Shown: positions 13,229 to 25,873, counted from the whole stretch's first letter. The stretch is 63,997 bases of DNA, filler included, from Ionaspis alba (GCA_964255285.1; 8 parts of 8 records of this genome joined end to end with filler, not necessarily neighbours in it), one strand, 5' to 3'. Numbers and translations are program-made. The notes: a model not told the origin generated them from the letters alone.

Positions 13229-13790
13229 TTATATATATTTATTTCCAATTGATCCGAGCACCTTCCCCACACTTATAAGACTAGTTCCAAGAAGTGAATT
13301 TGGCACCACGTGACCCAATATCATGCTGACGCACGATCCACCAACCTCGAGTGTAAAGGAGTAGTGGGTGAGGCTACACCACTCAACTAAAGTGCCTAAA
13401 AGGAGGTGGTGAAGGTCTCTACATTTCATTACTGAAACCCCTCTATAGGGGTATCTATAGGAATATCCCCTGGGTACCCCCAGGGAGGCAGCTATTGTAT
13501 AGTTCCTCACATATGCGATCGTATCGCATAGGCTGCACTAGACTCTAATAGTACTAGCGTATCGAAGCTTCGCGCGAAGCATAATCCGTCAATATGTCAC
13601 CACGTCCACCTCATGGGGGTATGGAGGCGTGACTTTCAACAAAAAATTAAGGTAAAAAATATACAAATACTTTTAATTTAGGAATAAGCCTCTGAGGCTA
13701 ATCTTAATTAGGTTTTCTAAGGTTGATCCACACCCAATACGGTAATCTTCAAGCTATTATCACAGTACCGTACTTCAACATATATGTTAT
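13229..13790. mobile_element. Possible degenerate transposon remnant (TpA-rich, hairpin cluster, Helitron-like 3' end)
   Basis: AT/TpA-rich compared with the flanking genes. Palindrome GCTTCGCGCGAAGC lies 9 nt before CTAG-T on the minus strand; further stems at 13468-13485 and 13512-13530. Confidence 0.35.
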
Positions 13791-14671
13791 ATTGTGCCAT
13801 GAGTTTTGCTCGTGCGTTTCGGGCCGCTTGTAGGACTGACCCTGGAGTTTAAACTAATCGACATGTTTGTTGCAACAATGCGTTTCGCCTCAAACAGAAT
13901 CTGCCCACCGATTGGCAAGCCGCACGCCAAATTCCAACAACCTTGCGTTACGGTTTTCCCCTGGCGGAACAACATCTCCGTTGGAGATACTGAAGATTTT
14001 TCCGCTGATTTTTTGGACCGAGTCCCCACCGCTGCGACGTTAATAAAGGCATTGACACTTCAGAAATCCCAGAGCAATTTCAAAGCAAAGTCCAACCCAA
14101 TGATTTGTGATTTTTTGATCTCCACGTTTTGTGTTGGGCTGTCTTCCCAAGGACCTTGTGATCAGAAATTGACAGCTGTCTTTGTATTGTCCTCCAGTGC
14201 AGCTGCTTGACTAGTATCCGAGCTTCCTCTTAGTATTCTCATCGTATGTACTACTTGTCGAATGGCAAATCACTGGATCAACATAGAGCTCGCCTCAATA
14301 TGTAGCAATCGATCATAACACAAGTAAAGCTGCGGAAACCCGATTGGGCTACAAAGATACTTCTTCACTAAGCTGTGGTACATACAAAAAACTCACCACT
14401 CCCATTGTCCCGACAAGAAGCTGCAAAACTAGGGTATCAATACTCATACGTCAATACTGCAAAGCCAAAAGTCCCCACGTGAACTCCACTCGAAAGCAGC
14501 AACTACCAAGCAGCGAAGACCTTGGCCCATCCAGAGACATACAAGGTGATCGTGCAGCGCCCTCCCCCTCGCCATCTTCCCGCCTTCACTGTCATTTCCC
14601 CCTCACCTAGTCTCGACCCTTACAGTTACCACAGACCCAGCGACAGACACAACAATCTTCACCCCCCTATG

Positions 14672-15712
14672 TCATTCATCCCGCAAAAGCGGCTGTCTTT
14701 CGCGATCCTCATCCACAATAGTAGCGCTATCCCGTCTGAAGCTAAGTTCCTTCCCAAAGTAGCCCGGCACCGCGATGCCAAGGGTCGCAACAAAGAGAAC
14801 GGCCATAATGGTAAAAGCGAAAATCCACTGGAAAGCAAAAGCCTTGATCCCGAATTGGTGGACACCAAGTGCTGCACACTATGTATTAGCATTTCGGATT
14901 ACAGGACCGATTGGGTGTTCAGGGATAACATACCCGCTGACAAGACACTGAGCTCGAAACCCATTGTATAATCCTTGAAAGCACCCAAGAAGAACAACCC
15001 ATAACCCATGATACCCCACACGAAGATATTGGCTACAATCCTCGCGGCCAGATTATGCGCCCCCACCATCGCAGCACCGCACCAAAAGATCGCTACGAAC
15101 GTCCAGGCCAGGGGTCCACTGACTACCCCAACATGGATCGGGAGTGGGGTCTTCGAATGCCGAAAGTAGAGCGATGAGAGGTTGATGAAGTTGATGATGA
15201 GCATGAGTTCGGCAATCCAGAAATGGGCATGCACCCATAGCATCACGAAAGCAAACTGTAGAAGGTTGTTGATGATGAAGTGGGAGCCGATGTTGGCAGC
15301 TAAGGTGGAGTTGTCCGTGTTGGAGGAGAAGAGGGTGTAGAGGTAGTTGATTTGTGCGATCAGGAGGATGACCCTGATATGGTGTGAGCCGTATCTTACT
15401 GAAGAGTAGCGGAGGCGGACTCACCAGTAGAAGTCAACGATGAAGGGGTTCAGAGAGAAAGGTGTGGGATGGGCATGATTTTGACCCCAGATCGACCGGT
15501 TCGAGGTATCGCCTGCTGGCGCGTTGAAGCCAAAATGGATGTCGACTACGTGGACTAGAAACCAGGAGGCGATGGTGAGGATCTTGTAGGCTAGTAATGA
15601 GTTCTTGCTGTGGGATTCTCGTTTGGAGAACGGGTTCCCTGTGGTGGTGTTTACTTTAGCATAGGTCGGAAATGTGGTGGAGGATGTGCTTACATGTCTT
15701 TGCTTGCTCCAT
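14672..15712 (-). CDS. Fungal multi-pass membrane protein, DUF1774 family
   Basis: MEQAKT|WNPFSKRESHS...IWGQN...TPFSLN..., GSHFIINNLLQFAFVMLW, IHVGVVSGPLAW, FKDYTMGF, C-terminal DRERQPLLRDE*; three introns. Confidence 0.8.
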
Positions 15713-16099
15713 TGCAGAGGCTTAGGTACTCAGTATCACCGAAAAAGCTGAGCCTGTGAGTGTTCGCAGCTTTACTTCGGTCAAGATGAAAGGCACGCAG
15801 GAAGCTGTTTGTGTTTGTTGACTCGTCTGGAGTTCTGTATTGATTAGAGGACAGTCGTTAGAAGGGTTCTGAGCTGCGCAAGATTTTGCGCAAGACTCTT
15901 TGAGGTCCTCTTAAAGGAAGGTGCTGTATAGTAGCTATACGACTATGGAATTGCAGGAGCAGAGCCTTGAAGGCAACAGCTTTGGGCGGAGCTTTTCCCN
16001 NNNNNNNNNNNNNNNNNNNNNNNNNNNNNNNNNNNNNNNNNNNTTAATTAATTAANNNNNNNNNNNNNNNNNNNNNNNNNNNNNNNNNNNNNNNNNNNN

Positions 16100-16246
16100 C
16101 TGCAGTCTCAGATAGAAGATCTTCAGAACCTATCACGGCAGTATGAGCAGCAACAGGCCGAGCGTATGGTGGCATCGAGCAGCAGCTCTTCGAGTGGCGA
16201 CCTGTACATCAACCAACCTGTACAGATGCCTCAGCGGCGACGTTGA
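16100..16246 (+). CDS. Probable 3' end of an unidentified gene cut by the scaffold edge
   Basis: Frame open from the scaffold start: LQSQIEDLQNLSRQYEQQQAERMVASSSSSSGDLYINQPVQMPQRRR* (coiled-coil-like). Confidence 0.4.
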   Translation: MQSQIEDLQNLSRQYEQQQAERMVASSSSSSSGDLYINQPVQMPQRRR

Positions 16247-16884
16247 CCGCGGTCGTTTGTTTGCCTGCCTCCTCGCCAAAACTGTGTTCTTTCTTGCCTC
16301 TCAATGTTCCTTTGCGCATCAACCAGCAATATCGGGAGGACATGACAGAGGACAGTCGCCTGTGTTTGTCAGGCAGACGAATAGGAAGCGGACGAAGATT
16401 GCCCGATGGGGAGGTATGGGATTGCTCCGGGGAGAAGTGTTGGAAGACTATGAAATTAAAAGTGGATTGCCGCTCAATCATGGTGTCGATGTACATTTTA
16501 ATGGAAAGGACGTCGTTCAATTCCACTTATCGCAAATAGAGTACCTTCAATCTCTCAATCTGATTGGCAATGCACCCTATCAGGGCCAGAACCGCCGCCT
16601 CATCGGTGCATTGGCGAGGCATTTTCAGGCTCGTGGTGTACCACATACGGGCATACACCCCGCCTTCTTCTCTCCTCCCTTGATTGTCAGCTTTGTTATT
16701 TACAATGTTCGCCGAATCGAGGGGAGCAAGATCCGATTCTTCTGTCGATGTACTTCATTCCTTGATTGAATACGCTGCCTTGCTACCATTTCACTACTTC
16801 CTCGTGCTTGCTTGGCTATCTTCTGGCCCTTAACCTATTCGTAAATATATATAGAAAGAATTATACCTCTCATCAGGCTTAAGT

Positions 16885-19800
16885 ATGGACGGATTGACTG
16901 GCACGGCTAGTGTCATAGCTGTCATTCAGCTCGCCTCCAAAGTCTTTGATCTATGTCGAGACTACTACTCCGTGGTCAAGGACGCAAGGAAAGACATCCA
17001 ACGACTTCGCAACGAGGTCATAGACTTACAGGATATTCTCACTAGCGTTCAAGATCTCGAGACCGATCCAGCGAAATCGTCTATCTTTAGCTTGCTTACT
17101 CGCATTGACGGCCCTTTGGAACAATGCCGAACAGAGCTATCCGCCCTTGCCAAGACTTTAGAGACCAAGGATGGTATGCGACTTCTTGGAGTTCGTGCTC
17201 TGAAATGGCCATTTAGCAGCAAAGATGTGGACAAGACCATCAGGAATCTCGAGAGGCAGAAATCGACGTTCAATCTAGCATTGACTACAGATCAGGTGTA
17301 CGTGAGCAAATTTACTAGCGTGCAAATGCTGTCCCCGCAGGAGCTCGTGAATATGAGCTATACGCACCCGAGAGACTCTCATATACTGATGTTCTACGAA
17401 GGAAACTATCTCAGGCTATTGATCGAGGTGTGACAGAGCTTGTTACACGAACTCGAGAGGAAGACCGGGACAAGATAGTCCAATGGCTGTCCGTGACAGA
17501 CTTTGCATCTAATCACCATGCGGCCCGCAAGAAGCATACGAAGGCGACAGGCACATGGATAACCAGCCTTGCTGACTTTGAGCGTTGGAAGAATGCTCCC
17601 AACTCACTCATCTGGCTTCACGGTATCCCTGGTTGTGGCAAAACTATATTGAGCTCAACGGTCATCGAGCATTTGAAGATGCTTTCGAAGACGAAACCGG
17701 ATGTTGCTGTTGCATATTTCTACTTCAACTTTGATCAATCTGCGAAGCAGAACGCCATTAACATGCTGTCTTGTATTGCGGCACAACTGTGCTTAAAGAT
17801 GGTCATCATACCGGGGAGCCTCAAAGCTTTTTATGAGCAATATCGCTCGGGCCAGGATAGGGCCAACATCAGAGACCTCACAAATGTGCTGAAGGATTTG
17901 TCAGTGTCTTCAGAGCTCCAAGATATTTTCATAGTTTTGGACGCCTTGGACGAATGTCCCAAATTCGAAGCAAGGGCGGAACTCCTTGAACTACTTCTCA
18001 CCATCAAGGGGTGGGCAGCCTCAAAAGTGCATATCCTTGTTACCAGCCGCAAGGAACCAGATATCGAGGACACACTACTGCCAATAGTTGGCACACCACC
18101 AATCCCTATACAAGGACTCAATGTCGCAAGCGACATAGAGTTGTACATTAAAGCTCAGCTGGCTACCCGGTTCAACAGACTATCAGCAGACTTAAAAGCT
18201 GAGATCGAAGACACGCTGGTGAAAGGAGCAGATGGAATGTCAGTCTTAAGCCTTCCAACCCCGAATCTAGACTGAAAATCTTCTAGGTTCCGCTGGGTAT
18301 TCTGCCAGCTTGAGGCTCTTCAGAGATGCCCTCCGCTACCCAAGAAAATTCGTAAAGCATTGAAAAGTCTGCCTATTACTTTGTATGATACTTACGATCG
18401 GATTCTCCTCAGTATTGAAGACGATACATGTCATGAAATCGCGCGCCGTGCTTTGCTCTGGGTGGCTTTTTCGGAACGACCAGTCACTGTGGAAGAGGTC
18501 GGGACGGCCGTAGCTGTAAACAGCGACGGTTTTGATGCAGACGACCAATTACCGGATCCTCGGTACATCCTAGAGCTTTTAGGCAGCTTGGTCACCACGA
18601 CCCAAATTACTGACTGGACCTTCAACTTCGAAATATATCGTCCCATATTACATGATTTTCATGAAGAAGATATCCCAGCCCACCAAAAGGCTGGAGAAGA
18701 TGGGCAAGGAGAACACAATAAAGAACAACCAAATAAGAAAACAGGACGTGCCACCGAACTCCTGACACTAGCTCATTTCTCGGTAAAAGAGTATTTGAGA
18801 TCTCAGTATTCCCGAGCTGGATTGTGCCCCAACATCAGATTTTCCGGACCGTCCAGCCATCATTTCATTGCGGCATGCTGTCTTCACTACCTTGCTCACT
18901 ACCAACACTCCGCTACCAGACCCATAGAGGATGGTGATAGATCACTATCTCGTAAAGATGCTCACGGGTTTCCACTTCTGGGGTATTCGCTTCGCTTCTG
19001 GCATGTCCATTTCAAAAAAGCTACTGTAGAGCTTCAGCAGAGTATGAAGGAGATTCTGATTCATATGGTGTTTTCACAATCAGGTATACCATGCTTTATA
19101 CCAAAATCACGGTCCGGAGATCCAGTATTATACACCATTGTATGGCAAGAGCCTTGCATATCGCTTCCATTTGCGTGTCGGATCGGCCTTGACATTCTCT
19201 TTGAGATGCTGCTTGAACATGGAGCTGATGTTAATGTCAAACATCCAATGACTTTCAGAGAACCATGGTTTCCACAACACTTTGGCAGCCCAAGCCCTGA
19301 CACAACACTGTGGAACAAAGACTCTTGTACTAAAATAAAATACCGGGAGAGAACCGCTTTACATGATACGATAACGCTCGGGAACAGTGACCTGGCAGAA
19401 ATAATGCTAAAACACGGAGCTGATGTTAATGCAAGAGCTGCACATGGGTTCACGGCCTTGCACTGCGCGGCTACTAGCGGAGACCTAAGGTCAATTGAAT
19501 TGTTAGTTAAGTTTGGTGCTATCTTGAACGCTAGAGATAGACTCTGGGAATGTCCATTGCATTGTGCAGTGCTCGAGGGTGAAATCAATGTGGTGAAACT
19601 TCTGCATGATCTAGGAGCCGACATAAGTGCAGCAGACGGGTTCGGGAATAATCTGCTTCATTATGGGTGCTACGGGAAAGGGAGTAGGGTTGAGAAGGTT
19701 TCTTTTTTGTTGGAACTCGGGTTGGATCCACTTGCTGTGAATGACAAGGGTAAGACAGCAGAACAAGTTGCGGCCGAATTGGAAAAAAGCGATCTCGAGC

Positions 19801-20039
19801 GGCTGTTGCGAGCTAGAAGAGAAGCTCAGACACTAAGGACGGAGGCGGAGAAGAACACGTACGAGGCCACGCAGAAACAGAAACGGAAGGAAGAGAGACA
19901 ACGTTGTATTGAAGAGATGGACGAGTTTGGCATTCAACAAATTCCTGGATACAATCGCGCCTGGGATCTTGAAGACTTGATAAGAAGAATAAAAGCAAAC
20001 ACGCCTCAAGCTACCCCGGGCAACCGTTCTTTGGATTAA
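16885..20039 (+). CDS. Fungal NLR-like protein: HeLo-like N-terminal domain + NACHT + ankyrin repeats (~1000 aa, 3 exons)
   Basis: MDGLTGTASVIAVIQL...ALKWPFSSKDV; Walker A WLHGIPGCGKT; Walker B FIVLDALDEC; LVTSR; GADGM|FRWVFCQL; LAHFSVKEYL; ankyrins (HGADVNA, TALHCAA, PLHCAV). Introns 17298-17401 and 18239-18286 give 3003 nt in frame. Confidence 0.93.
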
Positions 20040-20742
20040 ACGACTGAACAATCATACAAATCATGCGGAGAGGCTTGTTTATTGAAGGAAAGCTCTCTTG
20101 TTACGTTATGGAGATGCAGGGTATCTCCAATAACAGTCTGGCCTGGCCTGGCCTCTTCGAATCAATGAAGTTCCATTGTGTTCCGCTGAACATATTAGTC
20201 CACGCTTTTCAAAAGGTTAGACTGAATCGAACCGGAAGCACTCCATTGCCCATAGTTTCAGGACATCGACATTGCACAAGAATGGCGAGACAGATCGCTT
20301 AAACTCAGGAAATCATCCTTCAGGGTAGACGATTACAGCCACTGATATCTCTCAAAGGGCTGGACGTCAGTACCGAAGCTCCGGGCATCTTGCCGCCCTC
20401 ATAGCAGGTCGAGGAGCTGCTCTTTCTCTGGTGATTATTTCACGGCAATCTCCGCCAATTCTGATCTGTATTCTGTACAGTTTCTTTGTGCAGCATCTTC
20501 GGGGAAGTCCTTTATATTCTTCAAAGCACATGCTTCGGGTACGTTAGCGCTGAGATAGTCATGAAGAAGAATTGTGAAAGATGTTTGGAGCGATCTTCCG
20601 TGTTAAATTATGAAGCTATGTATAAGGTGGAGATGCCAAACGGTCAAAGGCAATGCCAGTAGAACATGGACGCTGCCTATAGACCTTGCCTTACATGCGG
20701 TACGAGGGATGTGGCCCAACCCATTTCACCCCACATTCATGC

Positions 20743-22752
20743 CTATCCTTTCTCAACCTCGTTCTCCATGTCCGTTTTCTTGACGCCCCCACTGCACGGT
20801 TCTGGTCCACCTTCGTCGTCACCTACCCCCCTTGTCTGTGCTACACCACCCACGCGCTCCTCCTCCAACGCCGCCTCTAATCCTAACGAGCCAGCCGCCT
20901 CTGCCACCTCCTCCGCTTTCTCCACATCCGTCCTCGTCTTCTCCTTGTTCCTCTTTCCTTCAAGCTTCTCCTGATCTCTCCTCATACTCCTGATCAACGC
21001 ACTCTTCTCTCTGATTCTACCGCCATAAAGATAAAACACAACCGGTATAGGAATGATAGCAACCTGCAAAAGTCCCAACATCGTCCCGGCCCAATGCGGA
21101 CCCAGTGTCTCGTACATCTTGGGGGCCGCTATAGGAAGTGTGCCACCAAGCAGAGAGCGTACAACGGAATTACTAGCCATCGCTGATGCGGCATAGATAC
21201 CGTAGCTGCCAGCGAGGTAGTTGGAAGCGTAAATAAAGACAGCAGTGTTCCCTGCGCCAAATGGAATACCAGCAAGAATCGACCAGATCCAGTGGACCGG
21301 CGGGGTGCACGTCCACGCAAACCATAATTGGCCAATGGGAATCAGGGTAGCTCCGATACATATGACCGACGCCATAGCTTCTGGCTGTGGTCTGCCAGTC
21401 TTTGGGTCTCTTGGGTGCCGTTCGATCAGGGCACGCAGTAGTGGCTCCGAGACAATGATAAGCAGTGTTCCGAGTCCTATTCCCAAGAACGCCAGGCCAG
21501 AGAAACCGGGAGAGAAGTTTCGTATTCCGGAAAAGACGAGTGGATAGGCAACGAAAGAAAGATAGAGGATACCATATATAATAGCTATATACGCATTCCA
21601 GAAGATGCAGATCGGCTCGGTAACAGCCATCACGAACGGCCGGGACAGATTCGTGCGAAGAAGCGGTATCAATGAAACGCTAGTGTCGTAGCGAGACCAA
21701 TACCGCTGGTCACCAGTTTCTTTGCGAAGTCGCCGTGCTTTGCGCTTTAGTAGAGCTGGCGCGTAAGACTCTCGCAGAATACAGACGAAGGCCCAGCCAA
21801 CGCTCGAGAGGATCATGATGATCCAATTTGTCCAGCGCCAGCCAAGGTACTGAGTTACAAAGCCACCTATGATGGGGCCAAACTTGACAGTGTGAGCTCG
21901 ACCGTTCTTGTTAAGATTCAGTGGGCGAAAGGGGGAAAGAGACACTTACCACAGGTCCATTCATAGGTCCAATCGACCAAACCGAGAATGCCAGCGCTCG
22001 ATATTTCTCGCCCACGATGTCACTCACTGTTCCTGGCGAATTGGCTATCATGGCACTTCCAGCCATAGCACCGAAGAAGCGAACAACCAGTACCTCCTGC
22101 AGTGAGGTGGCTAACCCGCATGGGATGACCAAGACCATGAATAGAAACATCGCTACTATATACACAGGTCGTCGGCCGTATATTTCTGATAATGGCGCTA
22201 GGATCACTGATCCTGTAGCAATGCCAATCAAGTAGGTCGTCACTCCTAGCGTAACCACAGGCTCCGAGGCATGGAACTCGGCCTGCATGTCTGGAAGGCC
22301 GGTCGTGTAGGAGGTAGAGTATACGATCACACTACCATATCTGGGTCAGCCTCGTTAGGGCTAAAGGCAGAGGGACTGTGGCAATTTTTGAGTTGGGGTC
22401 GTATCCATAAAGGGCCGACTCACACCCAAGTACTCCAGCTCGCAAAGCCAACTGTCAACGCCTTGTACCACATCGACCAGTTGCGTGGGTTCTCCGGGTC
22501 GGACTCGGAGTCCCAGTCGACTTCGAAGGCTGGGTCGGTCGTCGCCGTTGTCCGGACTGAGGTCGTCTTTCTGGAGATGGGTTGGCCGAGAGATGCTCTA
22601 GATAGCTGGGGCGTGAGCGACTTTTCGGGGTCGTCGCCATTGGCGTCGTGGATAGAGAGGTGGTCATCGTTGGAAAGGCTGTAAGGCGTGGGGGTCGAGG
22701 AGTTGGTGGCATTGGGCGTAGCCTTCTCCGGGTCGAGAGAGGGAGACATCAT
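20743..22752 (-). CDS. MFS drug:H+ antiporter (DHA1 family, Tpo/Flr-like)
   Basis: DPENPRNWS, APLSEIYGRRPVY, GPIIGGFV...GWRW, ESYAP, LSRPF, PEA, YAASAMA; about 12 hydrophobic segments; two introns. Confidence 0.93.
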
Positions 22753-23333
22753 CGCTAAGAATGGTGGCTAGAATCCGCCGTGATAGTGGCTCAACCAAGC
22801 TCTTACTCCACGCTTCTTGTCGATTATGTACAGCTTGCAGTCGACACCGGCAGGTCACCAGGATTTCACATATCGGAGAATAGCGACTCTTCCATTTTCT
22901 TATATGCCCGACTCTTTCTCCGTGCTAAATCAAGGAGGATGGTAAGCAGGAACCAGAAATATTACATATTTCAGCATGTAAGAACTAGAAACCCAAGTAC
23001 GAGGAAGGTTGCGAGTAGCCATCGCGCAATTCTGGTATAGGATGCGCTGGAGGTGGTGTGGGTATGAATTGTGCCGATCTACCCAGTCATTTGTAAGCTA
23101 GCCAGAGGTGATGGGGAGGCAATTGAGCCGGCCGGAGGCTCTTTGATCGGTGTGCTGTGCTTAAAGCCGAGTTAATCTCCGTCGATGCTAGATGGGAGCC
23201 AATCACTCACTTGTGTGGCATCCTGTTAGGGCAAAGCGATAAGCCCGATATCAATTCCCCCGGTTGACACTGGTCTTGTGTCTACCTCTACATCGCCCTG
23301 AATCCTCATATCAGGTTCTCTGGCATCGCCACC

Positions 23334-23783
23334 ATGGCCACGGCTGTTTCTCCTCCCTACCGTGCTCCCATAACAACGCACATCCTCGACTCCACGACTG
23401 GTCAACCTGGGAAATCAGTCCATGCAACCCTAAGCCTCCTCGTAGTAGAAGCCACTGGGCGCACTATCGATGCCACCTTCATCCCCGACCCTGCTCCCAC
23501 ATTTACAGCACTCACGTCAGAGGATGGACGTATCAGTTCCTGGGAGCCTCAATCGAGTCACGGCTCGCATAAAGATTTTCATATCTCCATCGACGAGCTC
23601 TTTTCGAAACATGAAGGGAGCAAGATGATCTGGAGCTTGAAATTTGATACTGGGAAGTACTGGGGTAAGGACAAGACCTTTTACCCGGAGGTCGAGGTCA
23701 AGTTTATTGTCCAGGGAGGCGGGCATTTTCATGTGCCTGTGCTGTTGGGGCCTTGGGGATATACGACTTATCGTGGAAGCTGA
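23334..23783 (+). CDS. 5-hydroxyisourate hydrolase (transthyretin-like protein)
   Basis: ITTHILDSTTGQP, DGRI, FYPEVEV, HFHVPVLLGPWGYTTYRGS* (YRGS signature). Confidence 0.95.
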   Translation: MATAVSPPYRAPITTHILDSTTGQPGKSVHATLSLLVVEATGRTIDATFIPDPAPTFTALTSEDGRISSWEPQSSHGSHKDFHISIDELFSKHEGSKMIWSLKFDTGKYWGKDKTFYPEVEVKFIVQGGGHFHVPVLLGPWGYTTYRGS

Positions 23784-24138
23784 GATTGTGAGGGAACAAG
23801 AGAGATACACTAGGGAATTGCAGACACAGGAAGAGAAGGACTGTTGAGAGGAAGACATGGACTTGATGAGTGAAGAGTTCAGAGCAGGGAAGGCATGACG
23901 AGCGTCAAGGTTTCATTGGAGGGCTAGTATAGCTATCGACTACCTACTTCGTCACTGGGACGAAGGATTTAATGAGTCACCCCAAAACAATGTTCCAAAG
24001 GCTCAAACCCAAAAGAGGAGCGCATCCAAGATTCATCCNNNNNNNNNNNNNNNNNNNNNNNNNNNNNNNNNNNNNNNNNNNNTTAATTAATTAANNNNNN
24101 NNNNNNNNNNNNNNNNNNNNNNNNNNNNNNNNNNNNNN

Positions 24139-24521
24139 TCTCTAGGGGGGAGAGAAGGGCCGGCGGAGAAGGATACGGTGGTGGGAGCCGGGAGGAGAGT
24201 GAGGAGGGGTATGGTGGTGGGAGAGGTGGGTATGAAGGGAGGAGAGGGAGAGGAAGGGGCAGAGGAGGAAGGGGAAGAGGACGAGGAGAAGGTGGTGGTG
24301 GTAGAGGAGATCATGCTGGGAGGGGAGCAGGTCCTTCAACGCCTGCTTCGTTCGTGGAGACGGACTTTCCCGCGCTGGGCGGTAGTAATGTTAATAAGAT
24401 GACGGATAAGCCGAAGATTGCCACGATGGAGACTTCGGATATCATCAAGTCGCCTACTGGAGACAAAGGAAGTTGGGCTGATCAGGTGGAGGCTGGTGGT
24501 GGGGAGACGCCTGCTGCTTGA
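24139..24521 (+). CDS. 3' end of an RGG-rich protein with DFPAL and SWADQVE motifs (partial)
   Basis: A frame missing from the ORF track reads SRGERRAGGEGYGGG...RGRGRGGRGRGRG...ETDFPALGG...KGSWADQVEAGGGETPAA*. It is open to the scaffold edge. Confidence 0.7.
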
Positions 24522-24803
24522 TGGTGGTGGGCTCGAGCTGCGGGCTGGAGGAGTGAACCGAGATATCGCTTTTGGTTTGGAAGGACGATTGAAGAGTACA
24601 TACAAGAAATGTACGATATGAAAAGGCGTGGCTTACTACGTTATTGAGCAGGACTCGCTTCCAGCATCGAGTTCAGATACTAGAAAAGCCAGGGGTATCT
24701 TCGCATTCACTCTTAAGAGCATTACCATCAAAGTCTTCCTTCTAGATGAACGCCATGCTTTCCTGACGCCATGGCGAGTACTGGGACCCAAACTTGAATA
24801 GCT

Positions 24804-25873
24804 TCACCACCGTTGCTGATAATTGCCTCTACCCCTGAAGCCTCCCCTGAAGCCTCCCCCTCCAGCTCTGAAACCGCCCCTTCCGCCATATCCTCCTCTT
24901 CCACCGTAGCCTCCGTCTCCGTAGCCACCGTCCTCGCCTCTCGGCCCTCCAGGTCCTTCATCTCTAACAGGAGGCGGCCGTCCCTTCAACTCTTTCTGCA
25001 AGGTCTCCCACGTCCTCCTCATTTGCGCATAACCCAAATGCATTTTGCCGTAGAAGTGGTCAGCCAATCTCCGATCGTTATCGAGTCGACTCAGATACGC
25101 GCCGCAGACATCGCAGACTTGGAGCTTTTGATGTCCGCTTGGGCCAGATGTGTCTGAAAGGGAGCGGAGCTCGCGCTCTTTCTCCTCCTTGGCGGCTTTC
25201 GCCGTCCGGATCTTGAAGAATTCCGTTACGGCTGTGGAGACGCTCCCTGACTCGCCGAGGACACTGATTTCGAGGAGGCCTGTGTTGATGGTGCGGGAGA
25301 GGTCAGAGATTTGTTTGAGCTATACGAGACAGCTAGTATCAGCATTTGATACACGAAAGCGGAGTTGGATAAGCCCGAGCTCACCAAAGCATTGGTCTGC
25401 CGTATCTCGTCAGGCGTCTTTTCCAGTCGTCGCTGAGCATTATCTATCCTCCGGTTGCATTCGTCGATGTATTTTTGCATATCCCGCATGTAGTCGTATT
25501 CGAAGCCATATTTGCTCTTGTCAGGCGCGGCCTCATATTCGGTCTTCAGGGGCTCGCTGTGTACCTTCGGACATGGGCCGAGATCTTGCTTGGTGTTTGT
25601 GAAGAGGTCGTGCGGGCAGGTGCCGACGAGGAATGAGCGGCAGACTTTTGGGTCGGTGATGGAGAGCTGGGCGTGGCGCGAAGAGGAGCCGGCGCCCATG
25701 AGCTGCTCTACAGTGGGAAGAAAGAGTTAGTGCAAGTGTAAGAAAGCAGCAGCAGGGATTGATACCGCCCATAAGCTGCTCTGGTAGCAGAGAACATCTG
25801 ATTAGCTATTTTTGATAATGGTGGAAGTAAATTCTGTATAGTTACCAAGCAACTTTCTTTGCTCCGCCGCCAT
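24804..25873 (-). CDS. LUC7: U1 snRNP protein Luc7
   Basis: MAAEQRKLLEQLMG, VCRSFLVGTCPHDLFTNTKQDLGPCPKVH, QKLQVCDVCGAYLSRLDNDRRLADHFYGKMHLGY; RGG tail. Confidence 0.96.

Noticed and set aside
16143..16769. 208-aa ORF as an NLR partner or amyloid effector
   Set aside because: No HET-s/PP/sigma-like repeat or effector motif, and the composition does not look like a real protein. A different frame (16100-16246) looks like the real gene end.
20743..23783. MFS transporter plus HIU hydrolase as a purine-catabolism mini-cluster
   Set aside because: The transporter is DHA1-type rather than a nucleobase transporter, and divergent adjacency alone is not evidence.
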